The notes under the pieces: generated by a model | Told to the model about the DNA's origin: nothing | Databases searched by the model: none | Seen by the model: the letters and a program-made list of their open reading frames with translations, nothing else | DNA from: Haplodiscus bocki | Lineage: Eukaryota | Direction of reading: 5' to 3' | Assembly: GCA_965655095.1 (NCBI GenBank) | Contig: OZ296648.1 | Coordinates: forward strand, 46,004,001 to 46,068,000 | DNA: 64,000 nt | Shown: one piece after another, positions 50,201-64,000 of the stretch | How positions within the stretch are numbered: position 1 is the first letter of the stretch | Layout of the letters: every line of letters starts with the position of its first letter | Position numbers and translations under genes: made by a program

Positions 50201-53200
50201 TCACTGCGTTTTTAGTAAATCATCAACAGGGTTGACGATGACTGATTGTTCTTTCAAAACGGCTGAGATGGAATGACCTTGAGGTTGTGTACACTCAAGC
50301 TCAAGGCTGGTAACGACGTCTTCAGGATTAATTTGGCTTTTTAGAGGGCACGTGCCAGTCTCTCATCAATAGTCAAGCTCTACAACAAAAAAACAGTCTG
50401 AATAATTATCCGAAGTCTGAGTCTCGCAGACGCGCGTCGAAAAGAAAATGATTTTCATGAAAATGAAGTACCATCTGTCAACGACACGAGCTTCCGCGAA
50501 CGGTAAATCAGATGATTAGAATTGACAGACCTTCTACCGTGATATATAGATCGCAGTGCTTTACTCCTCTATTTATGCTCCTTCTGCAATCTTCCTGACA
50601 ATCTAACTTTGCTAGCTTCTCTTCATTGAAAAAAGTTCCTTTCTTCTTTAGGAAAAGCTAAAGCAATTGCATTTCAGTTGTTTTCTTAATCGGCTACAGA
50701 ATTTAATCAGCTGCGGGGGTCCTATGGAATATGACGTGCTTCCTTGTCAAAATCGTCATAGGTTGTATCTGGCACAACGGATAACCTTCTGAAACTCCCG
50801 GTGATATTTTGCGAAAACTATGACGTTGCACAATTGATCTTTCTTTCTTCGCCTACATTCTGCACGCGAAAGTTGTCTTTCACGTGTGTGTTTTCTTCAA
50901 GGGTGTCTGCCAACATACAGCAGCTTGCAACAAAAAATGACCCTGCTAAGGTAAAATAAAGTTTCGTCACTGCAGGTGAGAGGTTACATGTGATTGATCG
51001 CTATATCATTCATTTGACAAAAATCAAATGGATTCACAATCGAAATCACGAAAAAAACATTTGGATAAATTGGTGGCCGTATGAATCCAAAGCGTAACAC
51101 TGAGCTGACTCTAGAGCCAATTCCATACCAGAAAACACCTTGTCAACATCACAAATGGCAGTCTCCGCTGAAAAACATGAAAATAGAAGTCCTCCATTTC
51201 ATTGCTTTGAGAAGATTGTTTTACTTGATTTACATAAACGATTTGCTCGCTTGTTTGATGAAGAGTAGTTGATCCTTCTTTTTTTGCAAATGAGTTCACT
51301 GTTTTGAAACCATGCCGCTTTAAAAAAAGGGTTGACGAACGATTCAAAAAACGTTAGAGAATTGCAGAAGATAAACGGGATGTCATTGAGTGTTGAAAAA
51401 GCGAAAGCTCTCTTGATGATTTCAGTGCTAAAAAAATTAAACTAAAATTGAAATTTCATCTTCAAAATAGTTAAGAGGACTTTACTGAGCGTTTAATAAA
51501 CATTGGCGTTCTTATTTGTATTCGGCTAATCTTCAAGCAGCATGTAATTGGGGTAGAGCAAAAAATATCCAATGTGTGTGTGACATAATCTATCATTTAA
51601 GCAATAATCCATCAAAAGTTTGTTCTCAGTTGTCTTTCAGTTGTTAATTCAAGCAAGTTATTCAGTGTGAACTACACTAATCGTGAGTGAAAGTGTATCA
51701 ACACGAGCTCTGGATGAAATTTGGAAACTCAACGAAAAATTGTCAGAGCAAAGAATTTTTCGAAACATTTCGACTTGGATTTCCTAAGTGCTTAAAAGTT
51801 TTACCGTTGAAAGTGATCGAAGGGGCTTCAAAATTTCGAACAACCAAGAGTTCACAACCTACTTTCAGAAAATCAATGATTTCGTACTATTTTGCAAACC
51901 TGAACTAGTGGACAAGATCTTCCAGTTGTTTGAATGCGTGTAATTGAAAACCTTTCAAATCAAGGATAATGAGGTGGGTTGTAATAATTTTTTTGGCACA
52001 CTTTCTGGCGCCAATTTTACCAAATTAGCGTAACTTTCGAAAAGTTGTTTAGTACTTCATCTATTTCCTAGTATTACCTGTCAAAAAAAATTGTATGTTG
52101 TAGCGGAAATCTCGGGAGTCTACTACAGATGTGTTCCAGAGTCACTGCAATTATGGTCTAAAACTACGGAAGATAATCTATCCAATCAACAACAAACTTC
52201 AGGCCGTGGTTTTACTTTGTTGTCAGGGCCTGATGCATCGCTGGCAACAAACGGCGGAAAATGAAGCAATGATGTAAGCTAATGAAAGCTCTGACTGTAC
52301 TCTAGATTCCATTCGGATCCCAAACACATTTTGCAAGGGTGTTTGAAGGATTCCAACAAACTTTTATTGTATTTCGTTTTTGTGTCTATTTCAGACTGTA
52401 ACTTTTGGTTTTCTTCCTGTTTCAAAATTCTTACAATCTCTTCAATGCGCACCTAAGAAAGCAAGATAAAACACTGAACACTGGGTTGTTTCTTTTTTTT
52501 TAACTGCGAGAAGCGTTTGTCCCATCGTCCCTTATTATCGGAAATTTTCTGCGCGTTCACATTTGCAGCGAAAATTTCAAGCCATCTTAGGTTACACCGC
52601 TTAAGTAGTGAAGCTGACCGAGATGACCAATGTAAAGATGGCAGAATGATGATACTTCCCACCGTGAAAACCGTAAAATTCAAACCGAAACAGATATACA
52701 AGAACAATAAATTGTCTGTCTGTGCAGTTATACAGTCGAAGACCTCACTTTGTAATCCGAGTCACTAACAGTGTTGTCCAATATAGTGAATGAACTTTTG
52801 CTTTACTTCAAGGTTCGTTCAATGGTGACTTTTGCGAATATTGTCAAAAATTAACAGCTCTGGCCTAGCTATGGAATGTTGAAATTGAGAAGTGGATCGA
52901 TCTTGGATGTCTTCGTGAAAACATCACTCGTTGCTCTTTCACAAAGAGATGTTTCCTTTCTTCTCTTGAACCTACTCTTTTTTGCAAAGGACAGTACTTT
53001 AAAACAAGATGCAATATCGATGTAATTTTAACAAGCGTATGGCTTGAGTCACTGCGTCCGCCCGTCACTGCGTTTTTAGTAAATCATCAACAGGGTTGAC
53101 GATGACTGATTGTTCTTTCAAAACGGCTGAGATGGAATGACCTTGAGGTTGTGTACACTCAAGCTCAAGGCTGGTAACGACGTCTTCAGGATTAATTTGG

Positions 53201-53905
53201 CTTTTTAGAGGGCACGTGCCAGTCTCTCATCAATAGTCAAGCTCTACAACAAAAAAAACAGTCTGAATAATTATCCGAAGTCTGAGTCTCGCAGACGCGC
53301 GTCGAAAAGAAAATGATTTTCATGAAAATGAAGTACCATCTGTCAACGACACGAGCTTCCGCGAACGGTAAATCAGATGATTAGAATTGACAGACCTTCT
53401 ACCGTGATATATAGATCGCAGTGCTTTACTCCTCTATTTATGCTCCTTCTGCAATCTTCCTGACAATCTAACTTTGCTAGCTTCTCTTCATTGAAAAAAG
53501 TTCCTTTCTTCTTTAGGAAAAGCTAAAGCAATTGCATTTCAGTTGTTTTCTTAATCGGCTACAGAATTTAATCAGCTGCGGGGGTCCTATGGAATATGAC
53601 GTGCTTCCTTGTCAAAATCGTCATAGGTTGTATCTGGCACAACGGATAACCTTCTGAAACTCCCGGTGATATTTTGCGAAAACTATGACGTTGCACAATT
53701 GATCTTTCTTTCTTCGCCTACATTCTGCACGCGAAAGTTGTCTTTCACGTGTGTGTTTTCTTCAAGGGTGTCTGCCAACATACAGCAGCTTGCAACAAAA
53801 AATGACCCTGCTAAGGTAAAATAAAGTTTCGTCACTGCAGGTGAGAGGTTACATGTGATTGACCGCTATATCATTCATTTGACAAAAATCAAATGGATTC
53901 ACAAT
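43668..53905. repeat. Segmental array A-X-B-A-B-A-B, AB period ~2864 bp
   Basis: A at 43668-45355, 48173-49863, 51036-52727. B at 46997-48177, 49861-51040, 52725-53905. Copies near-identical; junction microhomologies ACAAT and CAG. Confidence 0.95.
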
Positions 53906-56900
53906 TGTTTCTCTCTTTTTCACTCGCGCCAAGCCACTACAATGCAGTGATAATGCTAGAAATTTTTTTTGTCGTACATTCAGCCCCTTGTTGTCTCAAT
54001 ACACATGCGCAGTCAATCGTCAAATCATTTCTTTGACTCAAAAAGTATACCTGCCCAAGTCTTTTTTGTGCCCCAAGAAGATGTTGTTATTTTCCAACAG
54101 AACGCTCAGCTTGCTTTCTGTCCCAGATCCGCATGTTCTAGCAACGGACGTTAGTCCCATGCCTGATTTTGGCTTCAGTGAATCTCGGCCCAGTTCTTTG
54201 CGTCTATCTCAGAAACAAGACTCAAGGGACAATCAGATCCTGTTGAAAAATCATTTTTAAAAGAAGAGCCAGATAAAAGTTCATCAATTACCTTCACGTC
54301 ACGCACATTCACGTTCAAACTGGTTTTCACCGTACGTTTGTCTCTACTTCTGTTTGTCTTTAACTTGCGTTGATTTCTTAGCTTTTAGGAATATAACTTC
54401 TGCAACATGGACGGCAGTATCGAAGATTCCAGGACTCTCCTTGTGTTTTCTCAACAAACAGTACAGAGTGGAGTTTGGTTGGCAGATAATTACAAGGTCA
54501 GCTAAACCAACAGATGATTGACCAAGACATTTGCCTTTCTCGTTACTAAGAACCGTTTCCAGACACAAAAACAATCCAGTTCCGTTCCAACTGGTATCTT
54601 CTCTGATTTTGCCTCCCGTGATCCAAATTAGCTTCTTCCACTAACTTGACTGGAAAATGGGCACTCTAGTACAAACTTCATTAACCGTTGCAGGCAAACA
54701 GTCACAGTCCTGTTTGTTTTCCCTGATGGCTATTTTCAACATGAGCTACATTAGCGCTTCGTACTGACGACTTACTTTTTTCTATCCAGAAGCCCTGATG
54801 ACCGATGAGCCTGCTCCTATGTCAATCATTCCTCTCAAAATCACACGAAGTTACGTGTGAGGAAAGTCAAAATATTTGAAGAATTGTGATGAAAAGGGAT
54901 GTCCCGGGCTACAATAGTATTGTTTGGAGATTCAATCGAGAATAATGTTGTTTTTCTGCGCAAAACCTATCCTGGAGATCACGTTGCACAACTGCCACAG
55001 TGTGTTTTTGAGGTTAAAGCTCTTCCTTGAACAACATAATTCGTACTGGTGCAGGAATTCCTATTGATTTATAATTTTTCCATAGGTAGTAAGTTAACGA
55101 GGATACAAATTGAGTCCACTTTCCAAGTCGGGAAGGCTCAAAAAGGGTTCAAGTTGACAATTGCAATGGCGGTTTAAGTCCATTGAGATGAGGGTTTCTT
55201 CAGCATTTTGATAATTTGCGTGTTATCTCAAACAAGAGAACTAGATACTGGCAAAATCTGATTGTTCACATGCAATCAATAAATACAGTTCTCCTCCTTC
55301 AACCCTTGCTGCTTGGTTAACTGGAGCTTGTTGTTTTCAGTACCAGGCTCGGGTTACATCTCTAGGAACTTAGGTTTCTATCAAAGCAACACAAATTATC
55401 CACTCCTTCTTCAATTAGTTGAAAATGTTCAGTTCGGGGTGATCCAATTTTCAGAGTTGAAATTCCGTTCCAAAATGGACATTGGGTAGCTTCCATTGGT
55501 TGCTCTGAAGTGTTGGACCTATGGGGAAGCGGGTAGTCCCTGGCTTTGATTTCAAGTTGAAAGCATCTGCAATACATAATAAATTTTGCTCCGATGATTA
55601 TCATCCCGCAGGCACATGTTCCGCATTTTCTGGAGGCTTGAGTTCTTTCAAAGCTGCCCGGGAGGTATTGCTTGTGAACTAGGGACGAAGTTGGTAAAGA
55701 AAAATCAATTTCCTGTTCACTTTCTCTAAATAATTGTCGCTCATTCTTTCAAAACTCAATTGAAAAATGAAATAAACTTTTGGGTTATTCTCGTTCCGTT
55801 TCAGACTTATTCATTATGAGGTTTCTTTCTTCACCTTTGGAGTAATTGATCACCAGGCACACCTTTCGTGAATATTCCAGCGATCTTTGGGAAATTTGAA
55901 TACATGCCTTGTAATAGTAATCCGGCATCAAATTCTCCTTCTTGACTTCCATTGGAAGCTGTGGGTCTAACTTTCATGTCATTTCTTTGCAACAGCGGAG
56001 ATAAAACCGTAGTGATTGTCTCAGGTTATCTATTATCAGTCTGTTCAGGTCTATATTGGATGCAATGTGGGAGGGCTCGCGTTTCCTTGGGGTCTATGTA
56101 TTTTTTTCTCCTAAAAACAGAAGGAACCCCCCAGAAGTTTCATAGTTGTCGTGGTAGAATGAAGAAGTTGCACTGCTCCAAATATCATCCGTGCCAAGTT
56201 TCCACCGTTGTTTAAAATTGCGTTTGCATTCTGCTTTTGCTGGCTGTTCGGTATGTTTGGGTCGCGGTAGTGCTCCAGAGTTTTTGGATTTAGTCAGAAA
56301 CGAATCCACCCCCAGTCATCGTGTCTACGCTGTGAGATCTCGTCCTGGATTATCCCGTTTGAGACAAAGTTCTGTGGTTCCACTGACATGTGGAAGCTCC
56401 CAGTAGGTCTGTGGTTTCTTCGAATGGCTCTAAAACCTTCGAGGAGTTCTTTAACTCATTCAATGAAAATAGTCAGAGAAACATCTAGAGAAGCTACAGT
56501 GACATTCAATATGTTGAATGAGAATTGGACATGAACCATCTATTGTGTAACCTATAGGGTTCCTGGCTCTTTACGTGTCTGCAAATTACGCACTGAAATT
56601 TCCAAGTTTTGGAAGCATTGCGTTAGTTTTCTCTCTCCAATCTTCTTTGCCGCTACCTGCAAAATTTGATTTCACGGCGTAGAGATTGCAAGCGTTGATA
56701 CTTCTCTTGAATGACCTGCTCATGCTCAGTTGGGTCGAACTTTTGCTTCTCATGTTGTCCTCTTCCTGCATGCAAAAGTAGAGGGAGAATTTTCGAAAAT
56801 TCAGATTTCTGAACTGAAATTAACTGTAAAACTCATGTTATCGCAGATTTTTCCTTCTGTTAACACACATCTGTCATCAATTTGCAAATCTCTGGTGTTG

Positions 56901-57200
56901 TATGATGGTGCAGGGCTCAGATAACTTTCCGGACTGGAATTGGTTTGATTTCCACTTCAAGCATTGCGCGAGATGCACATCTTTGAACTTTTCCAAAGAG
57001 AAGGAGTTCACATGGTTCTTTTTTTTGTTGTTTCTGCGGCTTTCATATTGTCGTTTCCGGTTGCAAATAGTTGCATTAGTCCCCCTTGCTTGTTCATGAC
57101 GATACTTTGACTTTGACGTTCTGTTCCATGCCTCAACTCATTTTTGCTGCCAGGTTTGACCAGAAGGATTATCAATGCATACCACAACGCGATTTTTAAA
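46250..57200 (-). mobile_element. Highly degenerate Ty3/Gypsy-like gag-pol remnant, broken by the array
   Basis: Protease-like MIDIGAGSSVI near 54830 and integrase-tail-like QEVHELAWRNLHQDQLGRKIHFD near 46450-46510. Boundaries uncertain; no LTRs seen. Confidence 0.45.
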
Positions 57201-60200
57201 AGAGTGATTCTTCGCAAAGAACTGAAGAAAGAAAATCTTTATTTTTGAAGCCACTTCTCGAACATTGCGAATTTTTAGATTTCACTACCAACCAAAAAAA
57301 GGAAAGGAAGAATTTGTTTTTGTCAACGAAGACTAGGTTAGCCTAGCTTGAAGTGACCGCAAAGTTTGATTTTTGCTTCCTGTCTCTGTAATTTGACTTT
57401 GGTTCTATTATCTCAATTGACGTCATGGACCTTTTTCGGACTCCGTTTAGAATCAATAAACTGTTCCCTAGAAAACCCAGAAGTGACAATTGATATAGCC
57501 AAGGGTGAAATCGGGGACTTACAGGAGAGAAAGAAATTTTTTTCGCTGTTTTAAGGCCCAACATTTGTTCCTTCACACAGGAAATAATCAAGGCCTAAAT
57601 TGTCAATCAAAATTTAACTGCGCCTTGCACTAAACTTGTCAGTTTCAACGTCATCCCAGCATTAGTAATTCACAAACAAAAAAGCGTTTGATGCCTATTT
57701 AACCTACAAAATGATCAGAAAATGACTGTATGCATTGAATTGCTTTCCAACTGAATTGTAGTTTGTAGCCACACTCGGAACCAGATTTGGATTCCCTCAA
57801 GTTTTATCCAAAAGTGAGGTTTTCAGCCCTTCCAAATGCAAAAGCGAACATCTAGAAGACACTGCTCATAGTCCAATTGTCAGCTGAATTCTCGTCGGAT
57901 TCTTTCAGTTATGTAGGACAAGGCAAAAGGCTGCTTCTCGTGGTACCACCTATAGCTAAGTGCTGAGCGCTTAGAATTAAAAATACGCACACTTTACTCG
58001 TTTTTGCAGGAGTTTGGGCGCGACAGATTAAACATACTGCTCCGATCTTGCTAAAAAAAGTCTATAACAGCTCGTTATGATAAACACCTGACCAATTTGA
58101 GTTTTTTTTGTTGTAAAATGTAACAGTGCTTTTTCTGACAGCTTCTTTAAAACTGTGAAAAACTGGCCTAATTTTATGGAATTGATGCTTACTTGGGCGC
58201 GTACATGGCTACTATTGGGTTCCAATTAATGCAATTAATCAACATGGCCGCAGCTACTACTATTTTTTGTAAAGCTGAGTTTCCAGGTAGCTAGAGTCCC
58301 TTCTTGCCATAATAAGTCTACATAATAAGTCGATTTCAAACATTTCAAGTTTTCACTCCAAGTAGATAATGTAACTGCTGTAAAAATTTTCGGAAATTTT
58401 TACATTGATCCAATCATGTTCAAACATGGCAGACGGTCCCGCATGCTCCCACTGATTAAAAATCTCTGTTTAAATAGGGCGCAATTAAATTCAGGGGAAC
58501 CTTTGGATTGAAGAATCAGCACTTCTTCTGGGATGTCCCAAAGTCATGTCTGTACTTCAAAGTTTTTTGTCTCTTTCAACCACTACAAGTCCGAAGACCC
58601 TGAAAGCTGGCAGAATGACTTTGTCTGCTCCGCCAAGTTCGGATAAGGCCTGTCGAAGTTTATGTTGCAGCTGGGACACACCACAATGTGCTCAGCCTTT
58701 TCTTTCCCAAAGTGCGCCTATCCAAACATCCAAGTTTCCACAAAACATGTCCTAGTTTGGTCTGCATAGAATCAAACTTAACTAATAGCTCAGAAACTCA
58801 TGTCGAATTTTCTGCATTCGAGGTAAGAATAGCAAGATTTGAATCCTTAAATTTTCAGCATCTTCGAACACGTTTCTTCTCTAAACACCCCAACATCAAA
58901 CGCTTTTTGGCAGTTTCGATGTGAATTTTTTGAGAACAGCCCCATCAAGTGGTTTTTTTCATAGAAGTTGCTTCTTTGTCCGTCAAAGGCGTTTTAAGAC
59001 TCCAACCGGCCCAATTTATGGTCTTCAACCTTCTTTTTTTTGACTTTCTTTTTCCTTAAAACAAAACGGAGCACGGGGTCGTTCGTTGATTCTGGTTCTG
59101 TCAAGGAAAAGCACTTCTTGAGCTGAAATCACGCTACAAACAACTCCTAGGGCCAAAAAAAATAGGCAAAGGCTCAAAAAGGACGGTCCGATCTCAGGGT
59201 CCTCATCAGCATTGAAAATGAGAACCAAAATACACGAATTCTAAAAACTTAGCTTTCTTGTGGGAAAACTCCAAAATGAACCCTCCGCTGATTGTTTCCT
59301 GACAACCTGACTTGTTGTAAGGAACGTTCCGAGTGATTTTTTGGGTGTTTGGCGGTGACATCACGCACTTTCTTCAATCACCACTTTTCCGTTTCTTCAG
59401 TTTTCAGCTTCTTTAGGTTTATGTCGGCATTTTCTTGTTTTTCTTGCCTTAGTTCTTTTTTTAAAGCCTGCCAATTTTCGCACGATGAACGAAGGTTAAA
59501 TTGGTGTAAAAGAATTCATAATACACTCCTATCCAGGGTGTTAAGAATCAATGAGACAAAACACGTAGATCGTCCTATCACTTCGACAGAAATTCGGTCA
59601 CAAAAGGGAAGAAGGGAACGCAATTGAACGTTTCTCTTTTGGCTGCTCTCATAGAGTTTTTAGGAAAAACTTACGGTGTCTCAAAAAGTCTGGGATTAGA
59701 ATTCGAAATTGAGAGAAAATTCCTGAGTAGCTATTCTGAGTAACGGGTAAGTTATCAAGAGTTCACCTTTTTTGGGTGACTGCTTGGCTTTTTGGGCCGG
59801 CTTCTGACGGCAACCCAACCGTTGAAACATGGCTAGATAGACTGAAAGAATCTAAGCTAGAAGACCTAAAGAACCCTCGGTTGAAGCCTGGATTTACAAA
59901 GATAATATTTTTGAGCTTTACTCAAAAACTCAAACTGCTGTTCTTGCTCTGAAAATAGCAAAATCACAAATGGACTATCATAATTTGTAAGGGTTATTGT
60001 AATTCCAAGAGTTTTCTGACGCCACGAGTTCAAATTTCGTTTGGAGTCATTCATTGGAAGCGGTTTCCAACAATGTTGAAGCGGAATCATCCACATTTCT
60101 TTTTAAATTAATTTCAGGGCATGGCTACTCGCCAATCGCTCTGTGGTTGCCCATCAGAATTGTTATGCAGTTGAATTTTCGGGCGGGTACTAAATACAAA

Positions 60201-62938
60201 TGGTAACGTATAAGATTGCCAAGTACAGGACCATGAAAAATTTTCTATGCCCTTGATTCCCAGAAATTTTGATGCTCTTTTTTGGTTGAGTTTTGGGAGG
60301 AGAGGGAAGATTATATCGTGCATTGACATATCTATCACGACAGTCAGATTTAGCCTTCTGACTCAGACTGGAGGTCGCGCTGAAAATCTGCGTTGCCCCG
60401 CCCTGATGCTGCTGTGTTTCACTGCTCAGTAGCTAAAAAGTTGAAAACAAGAATTTCAAAGACATTCCTTTTACTTCACCCAATATCATTGGAAGAATAA
60501 GATCTTAACCTTTATATTCCAGTGTAGCGCTTTTGGGGTCTCGTTTCTGTGATCTGGGGCTTTTGTGATTGGAGGTTCGGGATTTGTTCTATCTTTTTTT
60601 GCGTTTTCTCCTCGTTCCTCGTGGCCGGCTTGTGTTTTCCAGTCTTTATGATTCTGGACTGCTAATTTGATGCCCAGCATCATAAAGAATATCTCAGAAG
60701 AAATTTCGATCTTTTTTCCAAAATTGTGCGGTGTCAGATCGAATGTTTTTACTACTATAACATATGAAAAACCTTAGACATTTTTTTTCAAATCATAATT
60801 GAAGGGTCTCCCAAACGTAGTAGCTTTTTTGAGCTGTTGGTAAGTTTGCGTCGGGTCATCATTTGTGGTAATTGCTGACTAAGCTTCAGTTCCAAAATTC
60901 AAAATTTCGAACAATCTTTTCCAAACGAATTTAGAGCTGTATTCAAAATTATCATATGTGTAATAATTGTCTGGACTGCCGCTGTAATCTACAGCTGTTA
61001 AACTTTGGATTAAAATTGCTGAAATTTGCACGCTTCCATTTCGAATTCTGCACCCAATGATTGCTCGAAAACACGATGCAATTACAACATTTATTGATTT
61101 CCGATTAAGTAAAGTTACGGGTCTATTACAGTGGCCACCATGTAGTTGACCAAAATAAAGAGACTGCACACAAGTGAAAAATGGCCTTAGAATAGTCTGG
61201 AGGCCAGGAACGCAAAAACGCAAGGAACGTACGAAAAAAATGGGTATTCGATCCAAAACATTTCGTGATACGCCTAGTTGAAAAAAAGATTCAATGAAGA
61301 TTCCTGCAAGATACCTTCAAACTCTTCCAAGATAATGCATCATTCTTGCAAGTATCTTGCAAAAAACAAATGCCTCGTGCAAAAATCTTGCAACAATTAG
61401 ATTTTTTGTGCAACAAAGAAGTGCACGTTGAAGATTTTTCATGAGTCTTCCAATGGACGTTTCAAGATGTGGCAAGGAAGGTTTCAAGTTGCTTGTGTTG
61501 CAAATGGCACTCAAAAATGAAAGTTTAAATCCATTAAAATATATCTTGATCTGATAAAAGAAGCTCCCAAAAGTCTTAAAATGAAACAGAATCAAAAGAG
61601 AAAGTATAATTACTGTCTATGTCTTTGATTTAATAAAATTATTCCTCATCGAGTGTCGTTGCTGCTGACTCTTCAAACAATAAGTTCCTTTCTCTTTTCA
61701 GTTTTTTGGCCCCAAATCTAAAAATGGCAGCGGTGACGATTTCCGACAGTCCTTCTAGTGTTGCTAGTAAAATGTTTGTTTGATCAGGATTGTTCACAGC
61801 CCGGGTCCAATAAACAACTGTCATTTAACGAATTTTCCAACAAAAAAATGAAGTAGATATCTTCGGCTAATTAGTTGGTATATATTGGTTTCTGACGACC
61901 GTAAACTGCTTTTTGAACATTTTAGCGACTTAATTTTGCTCAAGTGGTATGCTTCAATGCTTCAGAGCTTCATCTTCCGCAGACTCCTCAAAAAATTTTC
62001 AGCGACCATTTTTTACACTTTGGATGCTGTCAAGACTGGAAAAATTTTTGGTTGAGTAAACTGGGATTTTTCATGTTGCCGGCTTTTCTGCGGGAAGAGT
62101 CAATTTACGAGTTAATCAGGCTGTTGCATGCATAGTTTTTCATCTCTGGATGATTAGTTTTTTCCCAACAGTCATTGATCTGCTGCTTCTATACATCAAA
62201 ACTTTCAATCTGACAAACGTTTGGCCCGATTCGTTTGGGTGAAAACGAAACTAAAAAAAACATTGAAATTGTCCTCTGGACACTTGGAAGGCAGTTTTGA
62301 AAATCTTGCCGAATAATTTTCCTGTCAAACACCTAAAATTTTTTGCTGAAATTCCGAGAAGGTTTTGAATTTTACGTTTTTTTTAATTATTTTCCCTCCA
62401 AAGTCTTCTTCTATACTGTTGAATTCAGTTTTAATCCCTGTTGAAAGTATGAGTTGCAAAATCGGATAAAAATTCTGAAGTTTTGGGTTATTTAAAAAAA
62501 TTGCTGAAAAATTTCCACTGTACACAAAGAAATGAGTTTTCAGAAAAAGAATATTTGTCCATTACCCATTAACCTTAAAACTGGTGCTTATTTCTGTCAT
62601 TGAACTACATCGAATAAAACTAAAAAACACTGGCTTTTTTTCTTTTCATCGTGTTTCACTGTGTTAATCACCGACAATCCTGAGTAAATTTTCAGATAAT
62701 TTCTCCATTCTGATGAAATCTCTTTCAGCAAAATTCTTTTTTAATAAGATTGCAAACATGTACTGACATGGCAAATGACTAACTAAAGGCGTAAGAATCT
62801 ATTTAAAGCTGAAATAATTAATTACAGGCGTCAAAGTTATCTGCGCGGGCGGATCTAAGAAAAAAGAGCATCAAACTGTTTTTCTGAAAAAGTCTCCCAT
62901 TGCCGCAACTGAGTGTTTGAGCTCAACTTCCTATCTTT

Positions 62939-63010
62939 ATACATTGCCGAAGTGTACCCAATCCTAATGCCTCGCCGAAGTGTACCCTATTTAAATACAT
63001 TGCCGAACTA
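62939..63010. repeat. Short tandem repeat, ~28-bp unit x2.5
   Basis: GCCGAAGTGTACCC x2 plus TACATTGCCGAA. Confidence 0.75.
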
Positions 63011-64000
63011 TTGCTTATGTTCTCTTGTAACAGGGTCAATAGTCTATCTTAATACATGGAGGCGGCTCCAAAACCACCTGATTGACTCAATCTTTTAGTA
63101 CTCAGAAAAGACATTTTTAAGAATAATTATCATTTGACACGAATTCTACATTAAATTTGCCTACATTAGCGTTCTTGAAAATTCATGTTTTTCTTTCAAA
63201 AAACCCATTTTTTGTCAAAAAATTAGTTTTCGTTTGTTTTTTGAGAAATCCTACTATTTCGGTCGCATTGTACTTCGAATTTGCTGAAACTTGGTGATAA
63301 TTTTTTCCATAGAAAATTTTTTAATTAGCAAGTAAATGTAAAAAACGCACTCGTTAAGTGGATGTTTTTCCTTACATAGTTTAAACTTGGGTAGAAAATA
63401 ATAATAAGCATGGCTTATAAAGAAGACGTTAAGTGTCACTGAATTATATGCGGAAACTGAAATATATAGTCAAACTTTTCATTAGCATTTGTTACATTCT
63501 GCACTAATTTCAATTTTTCAAATGGGTTAAACAAATACACGAGGCTCACGGACGCAAAGGCGCACTGATTTTTGTTGCCAGAACCCCAAAAGAGAAATAC
63601 TGAGAATTTTACTATAAAGGGGAATTATAAAAGGGAACATGCATGACAAAAACATGCAATGTTGGATAGATAACTAAGTTCAACAGTTTCAAATGATGAA
63701 GCACAAAAATTTAACAATCTGAAACATCTCAATACTGGCCGAGCCACTTTGGGCTACTCAAGATTTGTTGGTTAAAAATTGGAGCATTTCAACATCTATT
63801 GATTATTTCCTTGAACTCGTGCCTCACAAAGTTTTTGCTTTCAGTTTCGAAACCACTGAAAGAATTCAGCCCTTAGGCCGAAACCGAACTTGTTTGTCTT
63901 TTTACGCGAGCTAAGTAAAAACTTTTGGGGCCGCATTGGAATCTGGGAAGACCAAAGGTGTTTTCTTTTTCATTCATTTCTTCCTGTTTCAGGTTTTTGG

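Noticed and set aside
57200-62600. Many 60-125-aa ORFs with faint retroelement-like words
   Set aside because: Too degenerate to assign by eye; probably old TE debris. Needs a translated profile search.
1-64000. Assigning a host species
   Set aside because: No marker gene is present; composition and TE content support only a repeat-rich eukaryote, probably an invertebrate.

Overview
AT-rich, repeat-dominated eukaryotic (probably invertebrate) DNA with two N-gaps (17959-18106, 41427-41626). Bases 1-33512 hold two decayed Polinton/Maverick (adintovirus-like) endogenous viruses lying tail-to-tail, 799 bp apart. Element 1 (+ strand, runs off the left edge, ends ...TATATACTACTACT at 14614) carries a 3.12-kb internal tandem duplication. 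Element 2 (mostly - strand, 15414-33512) is complete from TIR to TIR, with ~140-bp TIRs, atypical AATAATA termini and a perfect 6-bp GACCAT target-site duplication. The two share a collinear block: major capsid, adenain protease, fibre-like gene, membrane protein, Zn-ribbon, core protein, EndoVII/HNH-like nuclease, integrase, two unknown genes, pPolB. Their pPolBs appear to belong to different clades. Element 1 has a ~365-nt non-coding segment downstream of pPolB that folds by eye into a nested multi-helix RNA with a possible pseudoknot. Element 2 has no recognisable packaging ATPase and is hit twice by a DINE-1/HINE-like element. Bases 33519-64000 are host repeat DNA: one intact S/T-rich ORF, old LINE and Gypsy remnants, a ~650-bp inverted repeat and a 2864-bp tandem array. 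All calls come from reading motifs by eye; no database search was run.
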